64,000 nucleotides of DNA from an uncultured delta proteobacterium (GTDB lineage: Bacteria > Desulfobacterota > BSN033 > UBA1163), in the NCBI GenBank assembly GCA_963708295.1, contig CAVPSJ010000008.1, positions 311,432 to 375,431 on the forward strand, written 5' to 3'. This document shows positions 61,766 to 64,000 of the stretch, piece by piece. Each line of letters starts with the position of its first letter. Positions within the stretch are counted from its first letter, which is position 1. Below the pieces are notes generated by a model. It did no database searches and was not told the origin of the DNA. It worked only from the letters and a program-made list of their open reading frames with translations. Position numbers and translations under genes: made by a program.

Positions 61766-63088
61766 TTACATTCCGAAGAGAGATTCGTAGGCTTTTACGC
61801 CAGCCTTGTAACCTGCCTCATCTTTTACCCATTCTTTGTGGCACCCATTGCATGAATTTGGGACGACGTTTTTCGGGTCCTTCTCGAACATCTCCAGACT
61901 CAACCGGGGCCGGATGATCCTAAAGTCGTGGTTGTGGATATCTCCAGCTTCTGCTGAAGCAGCCGTTTTCACCATGTGACAGGAGGAGCAGCGGCTGGTT
62001 CCCCTGGTCTCCGGGGCATAGTTGTGCTTGGTATGGATCCGAATAGCCCAAGGATTGGCAAATTTTTTGTCTTTACCATGGCACGAGAGGCAGAGGTTGT
62101 CGTTGTAATCGGCCTTGGTCAGTTGGGATGGACTGGGCCCTCCATGAGGATTGTGACAATCAAAGCAGAGGACCCGGGCATAAAAGTGACTACTCTTCTG
62201 AAAGTCGAGCCACTGCTGGTGGTGGGATTTAGAATGCGCTTGTGGATCTCCCCAGCTTCCAGGTTTAAACTGGTAATAATTGGATAGGGGGTCTCCTACT
62301 TTATAGGGTTTGTTCTCTTTGTCATTCCAGGGGTATTCAAAGATCCCGTTCGGACCACTGATCCCTCTCGAATGACATTGACCGCATACCTCCAGACTTC
62401 GTTCATAAGGCAATTTCCGGGGATGGATGATCTTTCCCTTGACCTTTGGAAATTTGACATGTTGAGAGCCCGGGCCATGACATCTTTCGCATCCATTATT
62501 AAGTTCAACGTATTTGGACTCGTACCCTCCTCCAACCTTCTTCAATTCGAGGCCGGTATTATGGCAGCCTGCACAGCTCATTTCGAAAGATTTCTCGATA
62601 GGAGGTTGTTTGAGACTTCCCTCCTCATTGTACCAACTCTGCAAGTTATAGGGAACCCACCGGGAGGTCGCCTGGTTCCACTGAAAGGGGAGGATGTAAT
62701 GGTTATTTCCGATCTTGACTTGATAGAGTTGTCTCCAGCCCCATCCTCCTAAAGTCCTCGCGACTGCATAAGTGGCCTCCCTGAAAGGTTCTTTTCCTTC
62801 CATTAAGACGGCTTGATGGACGTCTCCGGGACCATCTTCTAATCTGGCAATGACTTCGGGAAGATTTCCGGTTTTCAGCTTAATCATCCCTTTCCAATCG
62901 ACGACGAGTGTATCGTTGGTACGACTTTGGATCTGTTGAGATTTATTATGGAGCGTATCCTTCCACATATCGTAAATCGAAGCGTGGCAGGACATGCATT
63001 TTTTGGAGCCGACATAAGTGGTCTGACCCATTGCCAACGTCGGGATCAGGACCGAAAGAATAAAGGAAAATCCCAATAATTTTCGCAT
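61766..63088 (-). CDS. Periplasmic octaheme c-type cytochrome
   Basis: Signal peptide; eight CxxCH motifs (CMSCH, CAGCH, CERCH, CGQCH, CFDCH, CLSCH, CSSCH, CNGCH). Confidence 0.92.
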   Translation of the reverse strand: MRKLLGFSFILSVLIPTLAMGQTTYVGSKKCMSCHASIYDMWKDTLHNKSQQIQSRTNDTLVVDWKGMIKLKTGNLPEVIARLEDGPGDVHQAVLMEGKEPFREATYAVARTLGGWGWRQLYQVKIGNNHYILPFQWNQATSRWVPYNLQSWYNEEGSLKQPPIEKSFEMSCAGCHNTGLELKKVGGGYESKYVELNNGCERCHGPGSQHVKFPKVKGKIIHPRKLPYERSLEVCGQCHSRGISGPNGIFEYPWNDKENKPYKVGDPLSNYYQFKPGSWGDPQAHSKSHHQQWLDFQKSSHFYARVLCFDCHNPHGGPSPSQLTKADYNDNLCLSCHGKDKKFANPWAIRIHTKHNYAPETRGTSRCSSCHMVKTAASAEAGDIHNHDFRIIRPRLSLEMFEKDPKNVVPNSCNGCHKEWVKDEAGYKAGVKAYESLFGM

Positions 63089-63238
63089 TGACTCTTTCCT
63101 CCCTTCTTTAACCTTTTCTTATAAACCGAAACCACTCTTGATCTTGTCGACAACAAAAAGGAGAAACAAACGATCCATGCCCCCTCCTTCCAAAATAACG
63201 GCTGCCGCAAAGGGGGATGGTCAATCAAACGCTTTTGA

Positions 63239-63717
63239 TCAGAGGAAGATCTGGTTCTTGGATTTCAGCGTTTTCAGAAGATTAGAAACCCCTGAGCGTA
63301 ATGCATTGAGCCGGTTAAAATAGATGGAAGCCAGCTTTTTCATCACTTCCATCCCCATTCGGGTTTTCCTCCATCTTTTTCAATAAATGATCTGCTTCGA
63401 TCGCTAATACCCTTGTCGGGCTTAAACAGGTTGCTGTGACATTATACCGGAAAGGTTCAATCAGAGACGGGATTCCGAAAGTAGCCCCCTCCTTCTCAAT
63501 TTTGGAAGCCATGAAATCAGTTTGTTCCTGTGCTTTCAGTCAGATTGACCGCTCCTTCGATCAGGATATACAGACGAAGCGCTTCCTCCCCCTGGCGAAA
63601 GATGATCTTCTCCCCCGGGAAAGATTCGACAGAAGATCGGGATAATACGGTATTCAGGTGAGATTCATTGAGACTTGCGAACAACTCGGTCTTTCTAAGC
63701 CATTCTGCGGAGACCAT
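63239..63717 (-). CDS. Stand-alone cyclic-nucleotide-binding domain protein, two apparent frameshifts (~63536, ~63360)
   Basis: LFASL, IFRQGEEA..LYILIEGAV, FGIPSLIEP..Y..TA, then MGMEVMKKLASIYFNRL across three frames. Confidence 0.78.
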
Positions 63718-63749
63718 CTTATCCTCCCGGCTTTTCCAGAAGGGCCCAG

Positions 63750-63885
63750 AAAGCAAACACGAAACTCGAATATCGAAAAACGAAACAAATCCAAAATTCG
63801 AATTTTCCAAACCAAAGACTTTTTTTATATCTTGGCCTTTTGAATTTCTTTCGGATTTCGCATTTCGTGTTTCGAATTTCAGGTT
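63750..63885. repeat. Degenerate heptamer inverted repeat
   Basis: CACGAAA CTCGAAT ATCGAAA AACGAAA ... TTTCGGA TTTCGCA TTTCGTG TTTCGAA TTTC. Confidence 0.75.
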
Positions 63886-63890
63886 TTTCG

Positions 63891-64000
63891 CTAGGGCATT
63901 CCTCGGTTAAGATACTCCATGAGGTCCACCATCTCTTTCCCGTCTACTTTCCTCCACGGGACCTTGGCCTTTCTCATCTTTTCCAACATCCCCGGCCCAT
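63891..64000 (-). CDS. 3' end of a gene, probably a c-type cytochrome domain (partial)
   Basis: (H)GPGMLEKMRKAKVPWRKVDGKEMVDLMEYLNRGMP* resembles a class I cytochrome c terminal helix; no CxxCH inside the window. Confidence 0.45.
   Translation of the reverse strand, partial: GPGMLEKMRKAKVPWRKVDGKEMVDLMEYLNRGMP

Overview
Bacterial chromosomal window; gene content suggests a deltaproteobacterial (Desulfobacterota-like) genome, which is an inference. Positions 1-~43650 are one long plus-strand Wzx/Wzy-type exopolysaccharide/capsule locus that begins upstream of the window. It holds an ExeA-like ATPase, BY-kinase, RfaH-like antiterminator followed by ops-like sites, NDP-sugar dehydrogenase, GT4/GT2 transferases, flippase, polymerase/ligase, deacetylases, DegT aminotransferase, priming transferase and CapD-like dehydratase. 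Embedded in it is an unusually large tailoring inventory: (i) ACP + adenylation enzyme + BtrK/VinO-like PLP decarboxylase + second DltA-like adenylation enzyme, matching the beta-aminoacyl-ACP logic of macrolactam starter units but with no PKS in view; (ii) two aldolases, two ATP-grasp amide ligases and two oxidoreductases, partly on a high-GC insert; (iii) a CapK-like ligase and a Cys-less asparagine-synthase-like protein; (iv) four secreted glycan-degrading enzymes. The remainder is PilZ, surE, miaB, fbp, fba, DUF47, a HAD hydrolase, an internally deleted transketolase, ald, cmk, rpsA, a fur-feoB-Cys-rich-DtxR/FeoA operon with a perfect operator palindrome, a DHH protein, an octaheme cytochrome and a cNMP-binding protein. 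Intergenic DNA carries several families of nested palindromic and heptamer repeats. About 16 apparent single-base frameshifts, mostly insertions, are probably sequencing errors. No rRNA, tRNA, CRISPR array or intact transposase was seen. All family calls rest on motif recognition by eye; no database searches were run.
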